From: Tortispora ganteri | Taxonomy: Eukaryota | Assembly: GCA_003707115.1 (NCBI GenBank) | Contig: PPNB01000017.1 | Span: 1 to 64,000, forward strand | DNA length: 64,000 nucleotides | Direction: 5' to 3' | In this document: positions 56,105 to 64,000 of the stretch, in pieces | How the letters are laid out: each line of letters opens with the position of its first letter | Numbering within the stretch: position 1 is the first letter of the stretch | Program-made: the position numbers and the translations under genes | Notes under the pieces: generated by a model | The model's database searches: none | What the model saw: only the letters and a program-made list of their open reading frames with translations | What the model was told of the DNA's origin: nothing

Positions 56105-57676
56105 TTACTGTTGATTGGTCTCAGGTGCTTTAAAATCATAATCTCCAGCTTCATTCTTCACGAGCATCCCTTTAGAGACCATATCTTCAAATTGTTGTTG
56201 TGGAACCCAACCTTTAGTAAGCAAAAAAGGAGTAGTATTCTGCTTAGTGACCCACTCATCAAAAAGAGTATTAAGTTTGGACAATTCATCTTCAGAGAAA
56301 GTCAATGGGGGTTTAGCGTCTTCGATTCCAGAGAGAAGTGCCCAGTGCTGGCAGGCTTCTACCATTGCTTGCCCGAGATCTATATAATCTTCATAAAAAA
56401 GAGTACTTGAACCGAGTCGGATCAGCTCATTAAGACGCTTTAAACGAGGAGTAAATGCTCCAATGAGTTGAGGTGCGTTTTGATTAACGCCAAATTCAAA
56501 GATAAACTGGTTTTCTGTATAAGCTGCCATGAAATCTATTTGACGTTTAGTTGCTTCGTCAAACTTATCGTAACCTTCAAGTTCATTCTTGTTAAACACA
56601 GGAATGCCATTGTACCGTAAAAATCTAGGCGCTCCAATAAAAGAGAAAGGGATAATTGAAGATCCCTCAAAGTCGAAGAAGACTGGTTTCTTACCGTCTT
56701 CAAATCCAATATTAGAAGCATCAAGATCATGGTAGCACAATCTAGGTGAGGTAATATCGTTTTCCATTCCATTGACCTTTAAAATACTCATTGCCATTGT
56801 CTCAAATTTCTTGTACATGTCGACGGCGAATTCGTTGTCACTGTGCAAAGCAATTTGAGCGGACGCAATTGCAGAAACGTACTCCTGTGGAGTTTTATAT
56901 GGTCCATTAAAGACGTTTTCATTGTTCATTGTTTTCAAAAACAGCGGATCTGTCGATGGTCCAATACGCCAGCGATTGGTGAGAGTCGAATCAGTTTCGC
57001 CTTCGTAGGGCAGATCTGATTGTAGCTCTTTTGACACGTCGTCTGTGAAATACAAGGAACCGAATTTATTGAATTTGACAGAAGTCAATGCGCAATAAGC
57101 CTTTGAAATAGGATCAATCCAGTCTTTCTTAGTAGTTTTGTCAGCCATAGGATTCCAATCACGCATCATCGGGGTAGCAGAGCTGTAGTCCATAAGCATG
57201 TAGGCAGTCTTGAGACTGTTCTTCGATGTAGGAGACCACGAAAGTACTTCCGGTAAGGATAATCCAATTTTCTTTCGGACAAAATCCATAGTAGCAACTT
57301 CACTTTTGAGCCTACGTTCACGTTGTTCTGCATCGCCTAGGCTGTAAGGGATACGCAAGACGTATTGCTTATCATTCTTCAGCTGCATAGAGTAAATTCT
57401 GTGGTGTTTCCCTTCAAATATACTATTCATTGAAGCTATTACAGAATCAGGTCCAGATATTTGACGTACAATATCTTGAAGGGCTTCTAAGTCGAAATAT
57501 GTAGTTCTTCGTTTTCGTTCGTACGCATTGTTAGATAGCCATGAGCCCCATGAGTACTGATAGAATGTTTCGGCATCAACCTGTTTCTCGGTACTGTAGA
57601 ATCTGACAATCAGTCTAGAATGTGGAATAACGTATCTCCATCCACGAAAACCAGCAGATTTCAGAGATTGGAGCAT
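56105..57676 (-). CDS. AIM9: Mitochondrial phosphotransferase-fold protein Aim9
   Basis: FYQYSWGSWL, EGKHHRIY, YVLRIPY, RLKSEVATMDF, FGSLYF, RWRIGP, TKGWVPQ. ATG at 57676. Confidence 0.88.
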   Translation of the reverse strand: MLQSLKSAGFRGWRYVIPHSRLIVRFYSTEKQVDAETFYQYSWGSWLSNNAYERKRRTTYFDLEALQDIVRQISGPDSVIASMNSIFEGKHHRIYSMQLKNDKQYVLRIPYSLGDAEQRERRLKSEVATMDFVRKKIGLSLPEVLSWSPTSKNSLKTAYMLMDYSSATPMMRDWNPMADKTTKKDWIDPISKAYCALTSVKFNKFGSLYFTDDVSKELQSDLPYEGETDSTLTNRWRIGPSTDPLFLKTMNNENVFNGPYKTPQEYVSAIASAQIALHSDNEFAVDMYKKFETMAMSILKVNGMENDITSPRLCYHDLDASNIGFEDGKKPVFFDFEGSSIIPFSFIGAPRFLRYNGIPVFNKNELEGYDKFDEATKRQIDFMAAYTENQFIFEFGVNQNAPQLIGAFTPRLKRLNELIRLGSSTLFYEDYIDLGQAMVEACQHWALLSGIEDAKPPLTFSEDELSKLNTLFDEWVTKQNTTPFLLTKGWVPQQQFEDMVSKGMLVKNEAGDYDFKAPETNQQ

Positions 57677-57788
57677 TTTCGAATAATTTTTTTTTTCGCT
57701 TAAGTGCAACTCCGGCTGGTCGTGACGTAGTTGAAGTCCCAAAGGTACGACTTCGGTGCAATTAATTGAGAGATATTACCATATAGAT

Positions 57789-58790
57789 TTAGTCGTACCA
57801 CATCTTGATAAGTTCTTCACTGACACCTGCAGGGGTTAAAATTCCAATATCCGTGATTATAGAGGTTATGAGATTCTCAGGTGTGAAATCAATATCAGGG
57901 GCCTGAATACTGGAAGAAGCATCGATGGTGAATTGGAGCGACGAGTTCTCGCCAGGTAAATCAGAGCTCGATAAAGGAAACATTCTAACAAACTTATGGC
58001 TCTCTGCCACAACATAAAAAGGTTTTCCAGCGCCTTTAGCCATTAGAGCGATTTGTGCAGTACCTATATAGTTGATCACACCTCCACTTTCAGCAACGCC
58101 TTCTGCACCCACAAATACTTTATCAATTTTGTCCATTGCCCATACTACGGACGTATCACTAATTAACGCGACATGGATCCCTTTCTCTCTGAGAATATTG
58201 GCTATAGCAACTCCTTTGCCGTGTGGGCGTGCCTCTGTAACCACTACTTGAAAGCGAACATTCCTTTCTAGAGCATGAAATAGCAGTGAAGTAACAGTGC
58301 GAGACATTGAATGTATCAAGATAGTATCGCCATCCCTTATAAATCTAGATCCTAGTTTAGCAATTTCTTGTCTCGCCTTTCTAGCACGTTCTAGGAACAG
58401 CTTGCCGTTTTCGACCAAATGTTTCCAGCAAGCTTCCCAGTTCGCGGTATCTTGCGTACTTCTCAATACAAATCGAAGAAAGAGGTCACACCCAGCGGAC
58501 AAAGAAACTGAGTTCCTAACATTCTTTTTTAGCGTTGTACTTGCCTTTGTTAACACAGTAACCAACTCTGACGATGTTTGAGGTCTTGTGAGACTTAAAA
58601 GGGTGACTAAGCTTTCAATGGCCGCGACCGGCATAGTAATCTCTGGATCATCTTGAAGAAATTTGTGATAGGTTTTCGTGATATCAAACTCGCTAGAGGT
58701 TTCACTCACAGGCATATCTGTGACGTTAGCAATATATTAATGACTAAAGACGCCTTGATTTTGCTTACCTAGTTGATAACTTTCGGTCAT
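57789..58790 (-). CDS. GCN3: Translation initiation factor eIF2B alpha; exons 58790-58769 and 58717-57789
   Basis: TMPVAAIESL, SLSAGCDLF, VGAEGVAESGG, AESHKFVRMFPL. An upstream 22-nt exon splices in frame (MTESYQLD-MPVSE). Confidence 0.95.
58718..58768 (-). other. Predicted spliceosomal intron in GCN3 (51 nt)
   Basis: GTAAGC donor, GCTAAC branch point, GTCACAG acceptor; joins an upstream ATG in frame. Confidence 0.75.
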
Positions 58791-58919
58791 TGTATAAGTA
58801 CAGCCAAAATATCGTTTGAAAAAGTGTACAAACGTGACATGCAGTAAAGAGTAATGTGTATGCTAAATTATAGGGATTAGCTCTGATGATTGAAATAGCA
58901 ACTGAGTTTAAGGTTATTA

Positions 58920-58991
58920 GCGCCATTGGCCAAATGGTAAGGCTTCCGCCTCCTAAGCGGAGGATTGCGGGTTCGAGTCCCGTGTGGCGTG
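58920..58991 (+). tRNA. tRNA-Arg, anticodon CCT, intronless
   Basis: Acceptor GCGCCAT/GTGGCGT, D arm GCC-AAATGGTAA-GGC, anticodon arm TCCGC-CTCCTAA-GCGGA, T arm GCGGG-TTCGAGT-CCCGT, followed by TTCTTTT. Confidence 0.96.
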
Positions 58992-59177
58992 TTCTTTTAT
59001 ATTTTTGTGCATTACTCTTATTTTAACACACATTACAGTTCAAAAACCTCTTTTAGCTGTTTTAGCCTTTTTTCTTCTGCATTTGACTAGTTGGTTTTTT
59101 TTTTGTTTTCAGTTTCTATTTTTTGCAATACTAAATATCGATATCGCTGTACGATTAAAATAATATTGAAACCTGAG

Positions 59178-59855
59178 ATGTCATTGGCAGGTACGTCGAG
59201 CATCCTCAGAGAATACAAGCTGGTGGTTGTCGGTGGAGGAGGTGTTGGTAAAAGCGCACTAACGATTCAACTAATACAAGGACAATTTGTTGATGAATAT
59301 GATCCGACGATCGAAGATTCTTACAAAAAGGAGTGCACTATCGACGGCAAAGTGGTGCTATTAGATGTTCTTGATACTGCTGGTCAAGAAGAGTATGCGG
59401 CAATGAGGGGTCAATATATGCAAACCGGCGAAGGATTCCTCTTAGTTTATTCCGTCACCTCAAGATCATCTTTTGACGAAGTTCGAGTATTCCAGCAACA
59501 AATTCTAAGAGTTAAAGATCGGGATTCAGTTCCTATGATACTTGTTGGCAACAAATGCGATCTGGACTCAGAAAGAGAGGTATCGTTTGACGAAGGACGA
59601 GAACTAGCGAACAAATACGGCTGCCCCTTCTTCGAAACGTCAGCCAAGTTGGACCTGAATGTGGAAGAAGTGTTCTACCAATTAGTACGAGAGATTCGAG
59701 ATGCGTCAAAACCATCCAGAAAGCAGTCGACCGCAGATGCACAAAAGCCAATTGCCTCTGCTGCTGCCGCTACCCCCACATCGAAATCGAGTGCTACCGC
59801 AAGGAATGACAGATCAGCGCAAAAGAGCAGTACTGGCTGTTGTAACATTCAATGA
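59178..59855 (+). CDS. RAS1: Ras GTPase
   Basis: [46 protein letters not shown]-terminal CCNIQ. First ATG at 59178. Confidence 0.93.
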   Translation: MSLAGTSSILREYKLVVVGGGGVGKSALTIQLIQGQFVDEYDPTIEDSYKKECTIDGKVVLLDVLDTAGQEEYAAMRGQYMQTGEGFLLVYSVTSRSSFDEVRVFQQQILRVKDRDSVPMILVGNKCDLDSEREVSFDEGRELANKYGCPFFETSAKLDLNVEEVFYQLVREIRDASKPSRKQSTADAQKPIASAAAATPTSKSSATARNDRSAQKSSTGCCNIQ

Positions 59856-60107
59856 AAACGAATCAGTGGAAAACTAATATTTAACGTAATACATGACGTA
59901 TGTCTCTGATAAAGTCTAGTATAATAATGCACCATAAAATAAACTCAATAAAGAATAAAAATACTTTGTTTAATGTTTAATTTAACCTATCTTATCCAAA
60001 GGATCGCTTCTTAAATGGGTGCGCTTAAGACGGCTAGCGTTCTGTGACGTTAGACGACGGGCGATATCCCAAAAGTCCTCGCTCAGTGCCACTTAGACTG
60101 TGACAAT

Positions 60108-61499
60108 ATGTCTGTATTATCTACTATCAGTCCTATTGATGGATCCGTAATTGTTGAGCGAGATGCTACCACTGCTGAAACTTTGCCATCTGTGCTACAG
60201 ACCGCCAGCAGTGCGTTTGAATCGTGGAGAAGCGTGCCTTTGGCAGAGAGAATCGAAATAGTGAGGAAAGCAGTGGGTCTAGTCGACGAAGACGCTGAAC
60301 GTCTTGGCAAACTAATTACTAAGCAAATGGGTCGTCCTATCCGGTACTCTGCTACAGAAATACACACTACCAAGGCTAGGGCAGAATTCCTACTGGGTGT
60401 TGCAGAGAGTGCGCTAGCCAAAGTGGTGGTGCAAGAGGACAAGGACTTCTCTAAGTATCTGACTCATGAACCGCACGGTGTGGTGCTGATTATATTCCCG
60501 TGGAACTATCCGTTTTTGTGTCTTATTAATGCACTGGTTCCTGCTCTAGTCAGTGGTAACGCTGTCCTGCTCAAGCCCTCTCCTCAGACCCCGCTGGTCA
60601 GTGAAGAGATCGAAGCGTTCTTCGTGCGCGCCGGACTTCCAAAGGGTGTGATTCAGACTATTCATTCGGGAGACAATAAGTTCATGGAGCAATTGGTACA
60701 AAACCCCGTTGTAAGTGCTGTTACTTTTACCGGTTCAGTTGTTGGCGGACTGGCAGTTCAGAAAGCTGCAGCAGATAGAACTATACCTATTGGGCTCGAA
60801 CTGGGCGGTAAAGATCCTGCGTATGTGCGCGCAGATGCCGATCTAGACTACGCTGCAGAAAATATTGTGGATGGTGCAATGTTTAATTCTGGACAATCTT
60901 GCTGCTCGATCGAAAGAGTGTATGTGCACGAATCGGTTTACGATGAATTCGTTAAAAAGTCTATAGCTGTTGTGGAAGGCTACAAGGTGGGTGATCCGTT
61001 TGATCCGGAAACTACAATTGGTCCTGTAGTTTCCGTTGCTTCTGCGGAGAGAATTAAAAAGGAAGTTGAAGACGCTATAGCCTCTGGGGCAAAACTGGCT
61101 GTTCCCGCAACCGCGTTCAAAGGATTTGAAACACTTCCTAAATCTTACTGCGCGCCTGCGGTACTCGTCGACTGCACTGATGATATGTATATTGTGAAGG
61201 AAGAAACGTTCGGCCCAGTGATGCCAATCATGAAAGTATCCTCAGATGAAGAAGCTATTGCGAAAATGAATGACAGCAAGTACGGCCTGACTGCGTCGAT
61301 CTGGACTAAGGATAATGCCAAAGGCGACGAGATAGCGAACAAGGTTGATGCTGGTACAGTATTTGTCAATCGTGCAGACTTTCCCGACCCTGGATTGGCA
61401 TGGACTGGCTACAAGTACTCAGGACGAGGCCTCACTTTATCTAAGTACGGATATGACTTCTTCAACAAAGTTAAAAGTCATCATGTTAAGAAGTTGTGA
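60108..61499 (+). CDS. Aldehyde dehydrogenase (ELGGKDP / QMGRP subfamily)
   Basis: PWNYP, FTGS, LELGGKDPAYV, catalytic FNSGQSCC, EETFGPV. Confidence 0.92.
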   Translation: MSVLSTISPIDGSVIVERDATTAETLPSVLQTASSAFESWRSVPLAERIEIVRKAVGLVDEDAERLGKLITKQMGRPIRYSATEIHTTKARAEFLLGVAESALAKVVVQEDKDFSKYLTHEPHGVVLIIFPWNYPFLCLINALVPALVSGNAVLLKPSPQTPLVSEEIEAFFVRAGLPKGVIQTIHSGDNKFMEQLVQNPVVSAVTFTGSVVGGLAVQKAAADRTIPIGLELGGKDPAYVRADADLDYAAENIVDGAMFNSGQSCCSIERVYVHESVYDEFVKKSIAVVEGYKVGDPFDPETTIGPVVSVASAERIKKEVEDAIASGAKLAVPATAFKGFETLPKSYCAPAVLVDCTDDMYIVKEETFGPVMPIMKVSSDEEAIAKMNDSKYGLTASIWTKDNAKGDEIANKVDAGTVFVNRADFPDPGLAWTGYKYSGRGLTLSKYGYDFFNKVKSHHVKKL

Positions 61500-62065
61500 T
61501 ATGCAGCATGTTCTTGGATGATAGAATCGGATGTCCTCACATCCTCCACCGCTCGAAGTCAAACTCGAGCCGCAACCCACCCTTACTTACCCTTGCACCT
61601 GATACACCCCTGGACCTGCAATCGCGCCCATTCGCTGTTTCACTCCGAAAGTTAAGTAACTCAAATGATAAATTTTCTTCTGAGCAAGAGCGATATCAGT
61701 AAACCTTATCAAAAGAGAGTTATTGCGTCCAGGACTGCAGCAGGGGAAACGGAACTTGGTAGAATCAGGTTGCATTTCCCAATCAAGTAATAGGAATTAG
61801 AGTTGTGCAATATCATGGCTGGTCGATTCCTTCGAAATAGACTATAAACAGCTTTAATTTACTAAGTTTTCCCAGTCACCGAGTCTTATTTGTTCCTTAC
61901 GGCGTCGGAGCGTTTGCTTCTTCTTTCTAGACGTAACTATGCACTCCTTAAACTAATCATATATAAGGACGGGAAACGATACTATATGTCACTTAGATCC
62001 TGATCCCAAAACTTTCAGTCTCACTGACCTACCGATTTATTTATTTAGTTTAATTTTTTGGTTAA
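61500..62065 (+). ncRNA. Candidate telomerase RNA (boundaries approximate)
   Basis: Template-like ACCCTTACTTACCCTT 61579-61594, hairpins 61529-61544 and 61551-61570, nested long arm 61594-61774, three-way junction 61862-61996, Sm site AATTTTTTGG 62052-62061. Confidence 0.55.
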
Positions 62066-62084
62066 TTTGAAATAGTTTCAAGAT

Positions 62085-62327
62085 ATGTGTCTTTCATCGG
62101 ATTACATATCAGTGAGTCAACCGGCGGCTCCGACAACGTTCCAGCATAACCAGCGTCCGACGTGGTCTGGGATTCACACTGTTCAATCAAATACTTCAAG
62201 CAACGATGTCGTAATGCAAGATGCAGTTGAATCGAAAAAGAGAGGTCAAATTGACTACAATGATACAGTCGATCCTTGGAAAGGTCCTCGATCTATAAAA
62301 AAGACTAAACTAAGGTGGGCATCATAA
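62085..62327 (+). CDS. Possible 80-aa microprotein
   Basis: ATG-initiated ORF filling otherwise empty space, basic C-terminus (KKRG..IKKTKLRW); no family recognised. Confidence 0.3.
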   Translation: MCLSSDYISVSQPAAPTTFQHNQRPTWSGIHTVQSNTSSNDVVMQDAVESKKRGQIDYNDTVDPWKGPRSIKKTKLRWAS

Positions 62328-62521
62328 AAGGGGGTTTCCCTGTTTTCTATTTTAGTGCTTTGTGTGGACATCCTCGAGACAATCATTTTTCCCATGAGTA
62401 GGAGAACGACCCTTTAAAAAATACGGCACTGAATATTTACAATGGATATATTGCTCTGGTCTAATTGCGGTTTGTATTTATATTTGTATCTAAATTTGTT
62501 TTTATTTTTATTTTTATTTCG

Positions 62522-63256
62522 TTATTCAAGTAAGAACTTAGTAATTCCTTTCATAAGCACTTTTCCGTCGTTGCGCACCAGCTCGAGTTGCTTCCGGTTG
62601 GTTTCATCGTAGAACTCCTTAGTAAAAATGCCCGATTGTAGTCTGGACTCAAGCAATTCCCTAATAATGAAAAGATTGAATTCAGGATGTCCTTGCAGTG
62701 TAAGTACACGATTTTCAATATAAAATCCCTGGTTCTGGCAAATACTGGTCGTACCAATAAGCTCAGCTCCATCAGGCGTAGTTGCAACGCAGTCTCGGTG
62801 CATCTCCTCAATCTGTAACTTGCCTCCCTCAAGGTCCGGAAACAACTTCTTACCGACATCTGTCAAATCTACAGCAGTCATACCAACTTCCCATCCCTTA
62901 TCGCTTCGACCAACAGTAGCTCCAAGTGCTCGTCCAGCAATCTGATGCCCAAAGCAAATACCTATTATCTTCTTCTTATGATCATAACAGCTCTTAGTAA
63001 ATGCCACTAGTTTCAAGATCCATTCATCATTGTCAAAAGCATTGTGGCGTGAACCACTTATCAGAATTCCATCTATGTCTTCTATATCAGGATACTTCAT
63101 TTCCTCCACTACGTCGTATTTGCTCATTATCAATCGCGATTCCTTATCAGCCTCTTCAAGCAGTCTGACAAACATGTCGCCATAACGCCCTTCAACTTCA
63201 AGAACTGATGCCACCGGTATATCCGCTTCCAGTACGGCTAGTCTAAAACCCGACAT
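62522..63256 (-). CDS. Class I glutamine amidotransferase-like protein (YLR126C / gamma-glutamyl peptidase-like)
   Basis: GILISGSRHNAF, nucleophile GICFGHQ, QGHPEF triad. ATG at 63256. Confidence 0.88.
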   Translation of the reverse strand: MSGFRLAVLEADIPVASVLEVEGRYGDMFVRLLEEADKESRLIMSKYDVVEEMKYPDIEDIDGILISGSRHNAFDNDEWILKLVAFTKSCYDHKKKIIGICFGHQIAGRALGATVGRSDKGWEVGMTAVDLTDVGKKLFPDLEGGKLQIEEMHRDCVATTPDGAELIGTTSICQNQGFYIENRVLTLQGHPEFNLFIIRELLESRLQSGIFTKEFYDETNRKQLELVRNDGKVLMKGITKFLLE

Positions 63257-63463
63257 TATCTTAGCGTGGACCACTCTCAGTCGAAGTCTTTGCCAGAAAA
63301 ATCCGTTAATCAACTCAAATATAATTTCACACCGCGTTTGGCGCCGCTTGCCGACCTTAAAGTCTGGCGTGTTATAGATTTACTGATACAACTTTAATTG
63401 CCGTGCAATTTTCGAAACTGTTCAACACTGCTACAAGTCGTATATTAATATAATACATCCTCT

Positions 63464-64000
63464 CTATTTCACAATAGAATCTTTCAGCTCAACTATCTCT
63501 TCTTTATCTCCAGCTTCATAAACTCTGTAAGGTAAAGCGTCGTTAGTTAACTATTCGTTCCCTAAGTTTTGTAATCATTACTTACCTCAACACTCCAGCC
63601 TTCGATCGAACGAGCTCAACTGCACCGGCATACAACATCCTCTTGTCTTGAGAACTCGTAGCTGGCATATAGTATACCATGACAAATGGGCTGGACAATC
63701 GTCCATCCGGTAACACCACCGGATATGACATTATAACGTATCTAGGACTGTTATCGGGCAGAGCATCCGCAAGATCTTCTAATGATGTATATGTCTCATC
63801 ATCGCTTCTCTGCAAAGAATAATCACTATCAAGTCCATCTAAATTCACAGTTAGAAATCTATATTTGGGTTACATGGTCCATAACTCCGATAATTAACAA
63901 CTTACATATCCGGGCTTGCATACTGTTGCTCCTAGCTGACGAGAAGCGAAACTTAGTTAAATCTGACCCAACATCGTCTCCAATCTTATATAATCCAGAT
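63464..64000 (-). CDS. AIM7: Glia maturation factor (ADF-H family), 5'-truncated; exons >64000-63906, 63838-63586, 63524-63464
   Basis: LTKFRFSSAR, LADALPDNSPRYVIMSYP..DGR..SP, RMLYAGAVE. Introns 63839-63905 and 63525-63585 both have GTAAGT..CTAAC..YAG and preserve frame. Confidence 0.9.

Noticed and set aside
58879..58909. TGATGA..CTGA box C/D-like pair upstream of the tRNA
   Set aside because: Boxes are only ~11 nt apart, too short for a snoRNA.
58717..60053. Exact 13-mer TCTGTGACGTTAG at 58717 and 60041
   Set aside because: Tens of 13-mer coincidences are expected in 64 kb, and the first copy is explained as the GCN3 branch point and acceptor.
60108..61499. Bacterial horizontal origin of the ALDH
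   Set aside because: Motifs such as KPSPQTP and GGLAVQKAA look like fungal members of the subfamily; cannot be claimed without phylogeny.
61496..61775. Short ORFs 61496-61702 (+) and 61587-61775 (-)
   Set aside because: No recognisable motifs; better explained as by-products of GC-richer structured RNA.
61584..62061. U1 snRNA (TACTTACC followed by an Sm site)
   Set aside because: The sequence is TTACTTACCC, not ATACTTACCT. There is no GATCA U1-70K loop or ATTGCAC loop, no helix H closing next to the Sm site, and structured sequence extends upstream.
1..64000. Transposons, LTRs, CRISPR arrays, rRNA; numerous short antisense ORFs
   Set aside because: No reverse transcriptase, transposase, terminal repeats or spacer arrays seen; short ORFs are shadows of the main genes.

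Overview
Gene-dense nuclear DNA from a yeast-like ascomycete, probably an early-diverging budding yeast (inference). CTG sits at a conserved Leu of Ras (EYKLVVV), so it is not a CUG-Ser clade species. The window holds about 33 protein-coding genes, mostly housekeeping: GID7-like, QNS1, MRX11, MXR1, URA2, NPR1, MRPL19, ULA1, FIP1, NUP49, SAP190-like, CDC73, EPS1, PRP16, PCL5, ERG5, NAM9, SRV2, RPC37, DBP7, AIM9, GCN3, RAS and AIM7/GMF. It also has several orphan or pseudo-enzyme genes and one tRNA-Arg(CCT). Four short spliceosomal introns missed by the ORF track were read by hand (SRV2, GCN3, two in AIM7). The main discovery is a highly structured ~560-nt non-coding segment (~61500-62065) laid out like a fungal telomerase RNA: a terminally redundant template ACCCTTACTTACCCTT predicting the repeat TAAGTAAGGG, upstream hairpins, a long arm, a CR4/5-like three-way junction and an Sm site. 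Other highlights are a PCL5 leader with a Gcn4-site cluster and exactly two uORFs, a likely URA2 5'-UTR intron, a strongly diverged DDB1/Rik1/Mms1-like protein and very short intergenic gaps. All calls are by eye; no searches or folding programs were run.
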